Virus record (IMG/VR): IMGVR_UViG_3300028591_000129
Span: 40,811 to 104,810 of that record
Direction: 5' to 3' (one strand)
DNA from: a virus
Lineage: Duplodnaviria; Caudoviricetes
DNA length: 64,000 nucleotides
The position numbers and the translations under genes were made by a program. Shown piece after piece: positions 20,326 through 30,932 of the stretch. The notes beneath the pieces are model-generated. The model did no database searches. It was not told the DNA's origin and saw only the letters and a program-made list of their open reading frames with translations. Every line of letters begins with the position of its first letter. Within the stretch, counting starts at the first letter, position 1.

Positions 20326-21249
20326 TTAGAATATATGCGACAGTGCGTATTCCACTGCCACAGCGTCGTCTACTTCTCCTGTCTTTATCCCTTTCTCTAC
20401 TGCCTGCAACACCTTAAGAAACTGCACAAGGTCAGCTCCGCCCCAAAAGCCCAAGTTCTTCTTCGCGCACTTCACGTCCCACTGCGACAGCCCCGTTGTA
20501 GCGCACACGTCACTGCTTGCACACGTCTGCACCTGTAAAACACGCTTCATATTGGTATAAAGTACGCTAATTAGCCTTAAAGACGGCTCTCCTATCGCCT
20601 TGCAGTCCTCTAAAAGCATATATGCTCGATATGGGTCAGCTCTCAACACTGCGTCAGTAAATGCGAAGATAGCGTCAGTCGGTGGTCGGTGTATCGTACC
20701 GTCCTCAACCAATCGGGAAAACGCTTCGTCAGGAGCTACATTCGTTTCTTGTGTGTACTGCTGTACCTTGTCTATCTCTAAAAGAATTCGTCCGTAGTTT
20801 TGCTCGCACAGCATAATTAACTGCTCGGTGTGCTCGTCAGATAGTGAAATCTCCTTTTGCACGTACTTATACAACACGTCAACGTCCATATAATTAAATG
20901 TAACTACCTTATCCTTGAAGAAATTATAGAATTTTGTACGCTTATCTACCGTGGTTATCTGAAAAATGAGCATTTTATCACCTAAAAGGGCGTCTATCTC
21001 GTCCCACGCGTTCTCTGCCTGCATAAATTCCTTGTCGTCGCGCACAACATACAGTGTCGGTCTCGGTATCAAACCCGTCCTTTTACGTAGGGCGAAAGCT
21101 ACACTATCTGTGCGTTCCACGGTGCGACCTGTGACCTCGGCGATTTTGTTAATGTATATACGCTGTGCCTCTATCTCGTCCCCTGTAAATATATAAAATG
21201 GGTCAAGATTTTTACCCATAATCTGCTTTTTTACGGCGTTAATCTCCAT
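20326..21249 (-). CDS. holA: DNA polymerase III delta-like clamp-loader subunit
   Basis: FYIFTGDE N-terminus, LLEIDK, IFAFTDAV, C-terminal EKGIKTG. Confidence 0.75.
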   Translation of the reverse strand: MEINAVKKQIMGKNLDPFYIFTGDEIEAQRIYINKIAEVTGRTVERTDSVAFALRKRTGLIPRPTLYVVRDDKEFMQAENAWDEIDALLGDKMLIFQITTVDKRTKFYNFFKDKVVTFNYMDVDVLYKYVQKEISLSDEHTEQLIMLCEQNYGRILLEIDKVQQYTQETNVAPDEAFSRLVEDGTIHRPPTDAIFAFTDAVLRADPYRAYMLLEDCKAIGEPSLRLISVLYTNMKRVLQVQTCASSDVCATTGLSQWDVKCAKKNLGFWGGADLVQFLKVLQAVEKGIKTGEVDDAVAVEYALSHIF

Positions 21250-21259
21250 AGAACTTCTC

Positions 21260-21925
21260 CTACTCGAACTCTTTGTAATTTTTCATTCTCGAACCACAGA
21301 AAGAACAGTACCGCAGATAATATCCCGTTACGAGGCTGTCACTGTTGTACGCCGAATTACGACAGTTAGAACACCTCAAACGGTATCTGTCACGCCCCAC
21401 AGCGGTTGTTTTGGACTGCACAAGCCACATACCGTCCCGAGTACCGTCGTCAGCTTTCAACGCTAAAATAGCCCTGTTTACGGCTGTCTCAAGGTTACTT
21501 CCGCGATGTATGCTCCGCTTCAGGTACTTCAAACATACAATTGCTTCTTCATTCGTCATCTCATTCATTGATTCGTCTCCCTGCGTCGGGCGGGGAGCTA
21601 CACCCGCTTTTTCACAAAAGTTCTCCTTTGAGGACTTCCTGCTACTTCTTATGTTCGTTCCGCGTATAGTGGATATTGCGTCTGAAAATTCCCGTACCTC
21701 ACGGTCAACCTCACCGTCAGCTTCATAATTCTCCTGTCGGTCAGGGCTGTCAGACACCGTATCCTCATTATCTGCCTCAACCTCTGCCAATAGCACGTCA
21801 GGAATACCTAATGCTTCCTTTGCGTCAGACACGAACTGTCCAAATAGTTCTAATAAACGTCCCCAACTGTCTATTAAGGTACGTAAATCAAGCTCAACCG
21901 AACTCTCTTCTTTCTTATCTGCCAC
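21260..21925 (-). CDS. hypothetical protein with C-terminal CxxC...CxxC zinc ribbon
   Basis: CSNC...CSFC; a possible internal start at MNEMTNEE. Confidence 0.55.
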   Translation of the reverse strand: MADKKEESSVELDLRTLIDSWGRLLELFGQFVSDAKEALGIPDVLLAEVEADNEDTVSDSPDRQENYEADGEVDREVREFSDAISTIRGTNIRSSRKSSKENFCEKAGVAPRPTQGDESMNEMTNEEAIVCLKYLKRSIHRGSNLETAVNRAILALKADDGTRDGMWLVQSKTTAVGRDRYRLRCSNCRNSAYNSDSLVTGYYLRYCSFCGSRMKNYKEFE

Positions 21926-23057
21926 GTCCTCACTCTCCTCTCCTCGTTATCATATCTTTCCTCGGCTACCCGTCCTCGGCAGTCAGCTTCTCCTTACTCA
22001 CGCGCACACGCGTATCCTACGGTCTGCCACCCACAGGGTCAGCTTCCAAAAATTTTTCCTATCCGCACCCCGATTAATGTAGTTTTCCGCCAACTACTCG
22101 TCGGGTACTACCTCATATTCCAAGTACTCGGGGCACAGCCTCGCCATATCAGTGTATGCCTCATAACAGTTATCCCTAAACTGACATGCGTCACACCCTG
22201 AATTCTTGGTGGGGTCGCGTGCACTGTCAGAACTTGCCATAGTCAGCTCGCTCTCCTTAATACAAGATTGCCGTCCTCGGACTTCAGGGTATACTTCGGA
22301 TTATTCTCAAGGAACAGCTTGAACTGTCGAAGCAGATTATCCGCACCATTCACGAAAATATCTCTATCCGTAATAGTGAAACCCTCACCGTCGGCATAAT
22401 ACAGGAAGTCGTCGTATGTGCTATCCATTTTAACACCGCCTGTCTTTGCAAGCCAATAACGGATTACGTACTCCTGTCTGTCTCTGTAATTGTCACGCCA
22501 AAGGAATTCTGCATTACCGATATGAAGCTCATTCGTCAGCGCACTTGCCTGCTCGGTATACTCTGCAATCTTCTTACTTCCTCGCTCTGTATTGATTTCA
22601 GGCTCAAGATACAGGTATACTTGATTATTCTCTGCACGCAAAACAGGGAAGAAGCACGCGTCTGTCTTCGCTGTCCACTCGTTTATCTGCCTATCAAGCT
22701 CTCTGCACTCCAATATGGTCATACATTCACCCCCTCGGGGATATTCTCGTACATTGCCATACGAAGAATGTCCCTATCCTCAAATGAGATTGCTCCTGCA
22801 TAATAAAGTGCCTGTGTGAAGCCTCTGAAGTACTCCTCGGATAACTTACACGCCTCGTCCTTTGCGTGCGTGCGTACAAGTGCATTTCTGAATGCCTTAC
22901 GGTCAAGTGTTGCATTGTCTGCACACGCTCTGTCAATAATCTCAAGTGCTCTCTCAAAATTTGTCATAGTTTTAATCTCCTTTGTATGAGTTTCTAATTT
23001 GATAGTTATATACTACCACAGAATTCACCACTGCAATGTTACAGTTATGTTACAAAG

Positions 23058-23588
23058 TCAGTCGCCCTCGCGACGATACGGATAATGCACGTCATAGTAA
23101 GTATCAAAGAACGGCTGAAAGTCATAATCATAATATACACGCCTCTTGTGACCCCCGATAGTGTAGCTTCCCGCAAGCTCCGCGTCATACTTAATGCTCT
23201 TATCTCCCCTGTCTCTTACCGCCTGTGCAGTCTGTATCGGAATGAACCTTGTCACGTCTCGGTCAACCCACCAAACAAGTAAACCTGCTACAACACCGCG
23301 GTGGTGGCTCGCCTCGGTCAGACCGTCCCACTGTGCATTACTGATATTTCCATAGATATGCTGTCCTGTTGGGTCGTTACTGAATATCGGAAGTCTGTTA
23401 CCGTGAACTGATTTACACTCGAACATATAAAAAATACCCTGACGATACACGATAATATCGCAAGGGTTGGCAATTCCTTTAAGATACGGCGGTGGGTCGT
23501 ACAGGCGCAAGGAATAGGCGTCTGTCCTATCCAACGCTTCTCTTACCTCGTCCTCAAAGGGCTTTCCTACGTTCTTCCTTTTAGCCAT
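23058..23588 (-). CDS. recU: RecU-like Holliday junction resolvase (PD-(D/E)xK)
   Basis: GKPFEDE, NPCDIIV, FECKSV, Q-W-x2-L. Confidence 0.7.
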   Translation of the reverse strand: MAKRKNVGKPFEDEVREALDRTDAYSLRLYDPPPYLKGIANPCDIIVYRQGIFYMFECKSVHGNRLPIFSNDPTGQHIYGNISNAQWDGLTEASHHRGVVAGLLVWWVDRDVTRFIPIQTAQAVRDRGDKSIKYDAELAGSYTIGGHKRRVYYDYDFQPFFDTYYDVHYPYRREGD

Positions 23589-25075
23589 TAAGCGGTTCTT
23601 CCCTGCTCCATAAACAAGTCCATTTCGAATTCTTGGAACTTACGCCACATAAGCTCAAGCTCGTCTGCACCCATTTTACCAATAAGTGCAATCATTTTCT
23701 CCCTCTTTTGGTCAAGGTCAGCAGTATACTCTCGCCACAGCTCCTCTTGGAATACTCTCTCTGTATTTGTCATATCATTTCTCCTCTCGATTCGTACTTT
23801 TGGATTTTCTTGGGTGTAGCTCCCTGCCACCTCTGACTGCCTTTCCACCAATCGCTCTTACCCAACTGTTGTTTCTCCTGACACGTCTCTTAATCTCACG
23901 CACCACGTCTTTCTTATATCTCGTGAACTGCTCGTCTGTACAACACCTCTCCAACTCCCTAATCAGCTTATTCACGCCGACCTTATAGAGCTGTTCGCGT
24001 GTTAATGGTGCTTCCTCTGCTTCCTGTCTAAACAGCTTCCGATAGAAGTTAAGCTTCATACATACCTCATTCTGCTCATTCCGCACCGTGGACACCTGAC
24101 CACTGCGTACTTATATCTCTCGTCCATTGCTATCCGCTTCCCACACCTCGCGCACACGAATACGCGCTTACGTTCTATCACTCAAAGTGACCCCCTGATA
24201 CTATTTTTAACGGGGAATTTATGTAGTTTTTAGCCCCACAGGCGCTTATCAAAGCAAGTCAGCCTGTGTAACGAACACGTTCTGCCGTCCGTCACCAATA
24301 TCCTCGTAGCCCATAACCCAATCAGTATTCTCTGACAGGAACTTCAGCAAGTCATTCATTACGTCAACGGTAAGCTTGCTCGGCTCGATAATAATGTTCC
24401 CCATATATTCATTATAGAACCCGCCAAGGTTATATGAAAATACCAATTCGTATGTTTTCTTTCCCTGCTCTGTAAGCATTCCTATTCTCCTCTCACCAAA
24501 TGAACATTGTAACTTTTGAGTTGCAGTAAATCTCAACCTTGTTCTCGAAGTAAAGTACAAGGTATTCGTGGTTCTCGTCAATCTCGTCAACGATTTCCTC
24601 AAGCACTTCTGCTTCCTTACCGCCCTCAATAACGTCCCACCTACGAAGTCCTGTGAACTCAAGTAACTCTTCGTCCTCGGGTACGTCGTCAGCCATATAG
24701 ATACGGCTTCCACGCTCATACTTATTCTTCTTGGATACATAAAGACGTACCTCTGCCTCTGTAAGGTCAGGGTGGAATAATGTGCCTGTGTATGTTCTCT
24801 TCATAGTGTTACCCCCTCATACGTTATTTGCCCTAATACAGGCAAGTCTGAAGTTAGAAGCAAAGCAGATATGTCTGCCATTACAAGACGAAATAGCATA
24901 ATCCTCGTCCCTCGTAATGATATATGCACGACCACCGAACGTTCTATAAAAACCCTCGCTAATCTCGATAACGTTGTATTCTTTTGCGATTTTCTCCATT
25001 ACAGGTGTCATATGCGTCTTCTCCTTTTATGAGTTTTCTAATGTGTCTTTACAATAACATAGTAACGAAAGAATG

Positions 25076-25681
25076 TCAAGCGTGAATATACAACGCACGC
25101 TTCTTGCTGTCGGCTGTGAAGTAAACATAATACCTATTACCCTCACGTGTAACCTTAAGGATATTCTTCTTGGGCGTTGTGGCATAACCTCTCTGCTTCT
25201 TAACAAGCTTATAGATAAGTGCCAACCTTGCAGGGTCAGTTACTACTTCCCTACGGTCATTTCTACGCGCCTGTAAGCGTGCCTCGCGCAACTCAATGTG
25301 CCGCTTTGCATTCTCAATTGTATCTACGAAAGCTTTTCTGTCGTCAATGGAATACCAAATCTTCTCTTCCACTAACTCTCCCTCGCCACCCCACAGGATT
25401 GCGAATGTGTCGAGTGCAGGGGCTCTCTTGTTCTCAAACTTCTCAACGGTAAGATTAACCGTATGTGTTCTAAAGTCATAGTCGTTCTCGGCAACTTTCA
25501 TATAGTCTCTGTCGAGCTTAATGCGATAGATATACTTACCGTCTGTTACATCAATACGGCTGATTTCGCCTGAAGTGCCCGACATTGTACCAACGTTAAT
25601 CTCCATACCCTTTGCAAGGTACTCATTAACCTTATTTGTGAATGCTGTTCTGATTTCATTTGCCAAGATTACGTTTTCCAT
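25076..25681 (-). CDS. hypothetical protein
   Basis: 201-aa ORF with own TTGACA promoter and AAACTCATA leader. Confidence 0.75.
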   Translation of the reverse strand: MENVILANEIRTAFTNKVNEYLAKGMEINVGTMSGTSGEISRIDVTDGKYIYRIKLDRDYMKVAENDYDFRTHTVNLTVEKFENKRAPALDTFAILWGGEGELVEEKIWYSIDDRKAFVDTIENAKRHIELREARLQARRNDRREVVTDPARLALIYKLVKKQRGYATTPKKNILKVTREGNRYYVYFTADSKKRALYIHA

Positions 25682-25933
25682 AGTGTTATCTCCTTTACGT
25701 GTTATGAGTTTTATGATTATGAGTACATACTACTACGGATATTGAGGGTTGTCAATACCATTAATGGGACAGTTTAAGATTTTTCTGAAAAATTATCCCT
25801 TAATCCGCTCGTCCCTGCTGAAAACCTGCTTACAGAAACGACAACGCCAAGGCTTATCTGCCTTAACAAAGTAAGGTGCGTCATTTCCACAATAAGGACA
25901 ATAGAATATCTTCTCTTTCTTCTTTGGCTTCAC

Positions 25934-26491
25934 TTACTCAACCCTCACTGTTATATTTCGCCTGCTTGCTAAATAATCACACATATGTACAAACTGCTGT
26001 TCTCTTGTAATAGGTTTATCTAATACCACGTCTGACTTCGGTGACGTATTCCACTGTCCCATATGACTTCGGACTAAATGGCATATCGTATTCACCTGAC
26101 TTATCGGTAAGTCTGCTCGGTTAAGCACCATAAACCCCTCGAAGCAATCCGACGCTACGTTCGGGTGGTCAAACACAGTATGTCCTGCGTCTATGTCACC
26201 GTGCTTAAAGGTGTCGTGTATGATACACGCAGTGATTATCTCGTCGTGATAGTTGATATTTAAGTCCTGATACTGCTCAAGCTGAAGTAATTCTTCGGCT
26301 ATCTGAACGACTGCCTTTGTGTGCCTGACCAAGCCACCTACACCCAAGGCATAGGACGGGTGGTATTTCCCTGACGAACTCGCGGGTACGGTGAAAAAAT
26401 AGGGTGGCACGCAACTGTCGAGGTAGCGCGCAACCCATAACTTAAGCTTCTCGTCTCGTATCAACTTAACTTCGGCTAACAAATCACTCAT
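25934..26491 (-). CDS. HD-domain phosphohydrolase
   Basis: PASSSGKYH, GLVRHT, IIHDTFK, HMGQW, VHMCDYLASR. Confidence 0.85.
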   Translation of the reverse strand: MSDLLAEVKLIRDEKLKLWVARYLDSCVPPYFFTVPASSSGKYHPSYALGVGGLVRHTKAVVQIAEELLQLEQYQDLNINYHDEIITACIIHDTFKHGDIDAGHTVFDHPNVASDCFEGFMVLNRADLPISQVNTICHLVRSHMGQWNTSPKSDVVLDKPITREQQFVHMCDYLASRRNITVRVE

Positions 26492-26926
26492 ATGTCTGCA
26501 ATGACCTTTACTTCGGCTTTCGTGACCATATCAGTCACGCTGAAATACTCCAAACGCCCCGTGTCAAGCCTTACTGCCACGCCTTTATCAGGGTCAGACT
26601 CCTTTGGGTCAAACACTTTCATATACAGTGTGTCAGTCTGATAAAAAGCGTCACCGTATTCCAAGTCACTAAAACAGACAGAACACGCATTATAACAGGC
26701 AACTTTCATTTCCGCACCACCTTGTTCAAGTATTTGTCTGCCCAATCGTTCATTGCTCCCTGTAATTCAAGCTTTGCTTCCTTATCAAGGTGTCTGATAC
26801 GTGGGTTATCAACATAGTACATATCTATATTATCCCAAAAGCTATTTAGACACAATACCGCCTGCCTAAATCCGTTAACGTAATCTTCACTGTGCATTGG
26901 TAGCTACATTTCCTTTCTGTATTCAC

Positions 26927-27451
26927 TTATGTTCCGATGGACTGTTTGGTCATAATGTACTCATTGGTACGTCTTGTGAGAACTTTCTTACAAGAACTCA
27001 TAAGCTCCTGCGCGTTCTCTACCTTTGACTTCATAGTCTTAAAGGCTCTTGAATAGCAAATACTGACCAACTGCTCCTGCTGTGACGCTATCTCCGCTCG
27101 GCTGTTCTTATCCTGAACTGTTCCTTTCGTCTCGTCTCGGGCGCTGTTAAATGCTTCCTTATAGACTGCATTGGATATGTCGTCTCTGATACCCAACTGC
27201 TCTTGTCCACCGCCTGCCCAATAGATATAGGCGGCGAGGTTCATACAGAAATCTTCAAGCTCTTGGTCTGACGGCGGGTTATTACCGTCCTTAAGACAAT
27301 CGGATACGAACTGCACGTAATTATCCAAGTCTCTGATGTACGGCTCGATAATCTCTGCTACGATACTGTCTATCGTCTGTGAGTTAGTCTCTACGTGAAG
27401 TCTTATCTTACTTACTGCCTCGGGGTTAACTGAACTGAATAAAGTACTCAT
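26927..27451 (-). CDS. helical hypothetical protein, possibly a recombination accessory factor
   Basis: predominantly helical 174-aa ORF near the Cas4-like nuclease; function inferred from context only. Confidence 0.45.
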   Translation of the reverse strand: MSTLFSSVNPEAVSKIRLHVETNSQTIDSIVAEIIEPYIRDLDNYVQFVSDCLKDGNNPPSDQELEDFCMNLAAYIYWAGGGQEQLGIRDDISNAVYKEAFNSARDETKGTVQDKNSRAEIASQQEQLVSICYSRAFKTMKSKVENAQELMSSCKKVLTRRTNEYIMTKQSIGT

Positions 27452-28275
27452 TATTCCACCACCTCTCCTGCTGTATAATGCTCTCTCAACACTCTTCTGA
27501 ATATCTCATATGCTCCGTCCTCTCCCCACGTTGGTGTGGACTTAATGGCGAATACGATATGCTTAAAATAGCCGTTATATACGTTAAGCACCTCTGCAAA
27601 CGCCTGTGCAACCACCTTTGGGTCTTGTGCAAATGCGCCACAGCCCCAAGCACCAAGCACGATACAATCTGCACCATTATCTACCGCTGACAGCACAATC
27701 TGCTCCATTCTGCCCTCATACAAGCTCAACGCGAAGTCAGGCTTCAGGGCTTCCTTGGGCGCGGGGCACGTAATAACGTCAAGCTTTCTCGGTGCAACGT
27801 TCTCATAAGAAGTGTCGTCCTTAAACACTGTCACGTCCCTTGCATAGATAACTCTGTTCGTATACAGCTCAAATCCTGTCTCAAGCACATTCTTCTTGTT
27901 CGGGGCATAGTAATTCTTATCAGCGTCACTTTTGCCCAAAACGGGGTGTAGGTTTGTGCACCGACAGATGTTCTCCTCCTGCGTCTGCGCACCGTTCTCA
28001 ACCCAACCGCCATACTTCATTGCGTCAGCAAAGTTAAGAATTGCTACTCTTTCCTTGTCTGCATAGCTGTATCCTGTATTTACCGTACCGCCTCTTACAA
28101 GTGTTATCGGTACTCCGACGTTCTTCTCGGGCGCTTCAAGGTCGTCATTATAGAACTTAACCTGAACGTCCTTTGGGCTGTACCTTTCCTCTATCTGCTT
28201 CAGAGTGTCCTTAAACACACCGATATTCTTAACCTCGCCTCTTATAATGTTGTCAAAGTATTCCTTCTTCCTCAT
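27451..28275 (-). CDS. bacterial-type PARG / TIGR02452 macrodomain ADP-ribose glycohydrolase
   Basis: LNFADAMKYGGWVENGAQTQEENICR (GG-x7-QEE), DVITCPAP, LGAWGCGAF. Confidence 0.8.
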   Translation of the reverse strand: MRKKEYFDNIIRGEVKNIGVFKDTLKQIEERYSPKDVQVKFYNDDLEAPEKNVGVPITLVRGGTVNTGYSYADKERVAILNFADAMKYGGWVENGAQTQEENICRCTNLHPVLGKSDADKNYYAPNKKNVLETGFELYTNRVIYARDVTVFKDDTSYENVAPRKLDVITCPAPKEALKPDFALSLYEGRMEQIVLSAVDNGADCIVLGAWGCGAFAQDPKVVAQAFAEVLNVYNGYFKHIVFAIKSTPTWGEDGAYEIFRRVLREHYTAGEVVE

Positions 28276-29095
28276 TCTTTTCCCCCTTGTTTGTCTTCTC
28301 GTACTCCTTACACCTCTCTCTATAACTGCAATACTGACACGTGGACTTAAGCACACCCTTTGGCTTCGGGGGCACTTCATTTTTCTGCACGTACCCGTCG
28401 CACTTGAGAATGTCACTTATCAGCTTCCTCTTCATTTCCGCAGTCGGCTCGAACATAAAGGACTTCATATCAAGAATATCCCTGTTGATATACACGAATA
28501 TAACTTGGTCGATACCAAACGCTATTGAATATGCTGTTCCCTGTGCATAATGCTTCGGGTCGACACTGTCGCGCTTCTGCCACTTAAAGGAACTCTCCGT
28601 CTTCAGCTCAAGGATATAGTACTTACCCTTGTACTTAATGATACCGTCGCATAAGAAGCTCATATTGTATGTCTTATGAAACAGCTTCGTCTCCATTCCC
28701 TGCTTGGACACCACGTCTATCCTGTCGAGACCTTGGTCTGCCACGAACTGTCCAACGTCGATATACTCGCAGTCGTAGCCGTTCTCTTTCATTGCGTCTA
28801 CGTACCTCTGCGTCCTGTCGTGTATGTCCGACCCGCTGTTGCAGATACCAACGAGTGTGTACGGCGTCATTCCCTCGTCCTGTGGCGCGCCCGTGACCTG
28901 ATAATACATATTCCTGATACACGCCATTGACGACGGCTTGTAGCTTCGGCTCGGCTCACGGCTCTCCGCCTGATTGGTCTGTTCGATAGACTTCTTCAAG
29001 TCCTCAAGGAACTCGTGTTCTATATGACGCTCTTCTCGCGTCTCGTCTGCCTCAACCAAGCGAGCCTTAAGCTCTGCTAAACTTCGTCTGCTCAT
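28253..29095 (-). CDS. Cas4-like PD-(D/E)xK exonuclease
   Basis: PSSMAC, GSDIHD, CDGII, LELKT, QGTAY, C-terminal CQYCSYRERC. Confidence 0.8.
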   Translation of the reverse strand: MSRRSLAELKARLVEADETREERHIEHEFLEDLKKSIEQTNQAESREPSRSYKPSSMACIRNMYYQVTGAPQDEGMTPYTLVGICNSGSDIHDRTQRYVDAMKENGYDCEYIDVGQFVADQGLDRIDVVSKQGMETKLFHKTYNMSFLCDGIIKYKGKYYILELKTESSFKWQKRDSVDPKHYAQGTAYSIAFGIDQVIFVYINRDILDMKSFMFEPTAEMKRKLISDILKCDGYVQKNEVPPKPKGVLKSTCQYCSYRERCKEYEKTNKGEKNEEEGIL

Positions 29096-30932
29096 TTTAA
29101 TTCTTCTCCCCCTATCGGCAGTCCCTCTACGCTGTCCATTATTGCGTTATATATAGTCCGCACAATATGCACGGGGTCTCCGTCGTGTGCGTATGCCCAC
29201 GCGTCAATGTCTGCACAAAGTGTTGCACAGAACCACTCAAAGTTATCTATACGCTCCAACGCGGTCTTTGACGCAAGGGCGTACTTCTCGTATGTCTCGT
29301 AACCTGACATTATGCTTCCTCTCCTTTTACTTTACCTGTATATTTTCTGCTTCTTGCAACCAGTTGCTTAAGTTCTTCCAAATCTTCGTTAACATATGGA
29401 CTGCCTGTGCACTCTACTAACCTTTTGTCAGATAGCAGTTTATATAACGCACGTGCATTATTCAGCAAGTCAGTCGTATCTGCTTCTATATTACACATAT
29501 GTATAAGTAAACAAACCACCTCTATACATAAGGATACAAGCATAACAATAACCATAGTCTTCTCAAAAACTGTCATAATTCCCTCCTCTCAGTCCGTAGT
29601 CCTAAAGAAATATGTAAGGTCGTCACCCTCAAGATTGTCATAGCACCAACCCTGTGCCTCGTAGAACAGGTCAACGTATACCTTGGAATACTCGGGGTTC
29701 TTCTCTGCCCACTGCCAAGACTTCCAATTAAGTACCATTACAAGCTCTGTAACGTATATAACGTTAGTCTTCCAAGCCTTGAACGCTCTTCTGTAAGTGT
29801 CCTTGATAGCGGAAACACCAAATGCGTCCGCAATTGAGAAGTCCTGCCAAAATGTTGTCTGCTGTGTGTAACCGCAGAATGCTTCTGAGTCGAATACTGA
29901 ATAAGTCATAATTGATTTCTCCTTTGTATGAGTTTTTGATTTGTAAGCATAGGATAGCATAGTGGTATTCACTTGTCAAGCACCCACACAAAATTTTACG
30001 GCTCACTGCAAGTCGTCAAGAAATATCTGCGCGTTCTCAAAGAAAAAATACGGCTTCCCGTTAGAGTGTTTTATCTTTGCTGTGTGCACCTTTACCTTTC
30101 CATACAGGGCGGGCACGGTAAATATCGCCGTATCCCCCTCTACCGCACGCACGGTCACGTGAGGCATTGTCACTGCCACCCCGAGTGCGGGCTTATTTAT
30201 GTACTTCTCTTTCTCTTCTTTAGTCATTATATCCCCCTGTGTTCTGTTCCCACACTACCTGATACCCCGTGGGGCTCTTTCGGCTCGCCTTTGTGTAGCA
30301 TTTCTTCGCCCATTTGAGGCTTCCGTCGCTGTTAAGGAACATTACTCCCTATCAGCAAACACCCGTCTTTGCGAAGCAATATCCAACGTGGTCATAATAT
30401 GTCCAAGTCCTAAATGCCTCGCACTTTCCCAAGTTCTTAAAGCCACTGCCCTCGGATACATTAAAATCTACTGCGTCCAACAGCTCAATGTCATATGTTT
30501 TCGGCTCACCAAAAACTCTATCCCCTGTATCCTCGGATATATGGCTCTCACGTACTGTAACGGTATTATCCGTACGCGTGACCACCTCGTAGTTCGCAAT
30601 ACCGCCATACAACATTGTTGTTGCAAGGTGCTGTCCTACCTCAAATCTGAATACGTTTGCTGAATTTTCCATTTGATTGTCTCCTTTTTATGAGTTTTCT
30701 TGATTTCCTCTCGATTATAACATAGTAAATAATGTTGTCAAGTGTTTTCTCGGGAATTTTGACCATTTTTGCCGATTTTCCGTATCATAGTATATAAATA
30801 TAAGGGCTAAAATAGGGTATAAAAGTCCACCTCAACACCGTTGGTGTAGCTTTTTTAACACATAAAAGCCGTCCCATTTCAGTATATCAAAACCACTGTA
30901 CCATTATTCGGGCTATTATACGAACTGTCCTA

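Noticed and set aside
28253-29095. Cas4-like gene as evidence of CRISPR-Cas
   Set aside because: No repeat-spacer array or other cas genes seen; solo Cas4-like nucleases are common phage recombination enzymes.
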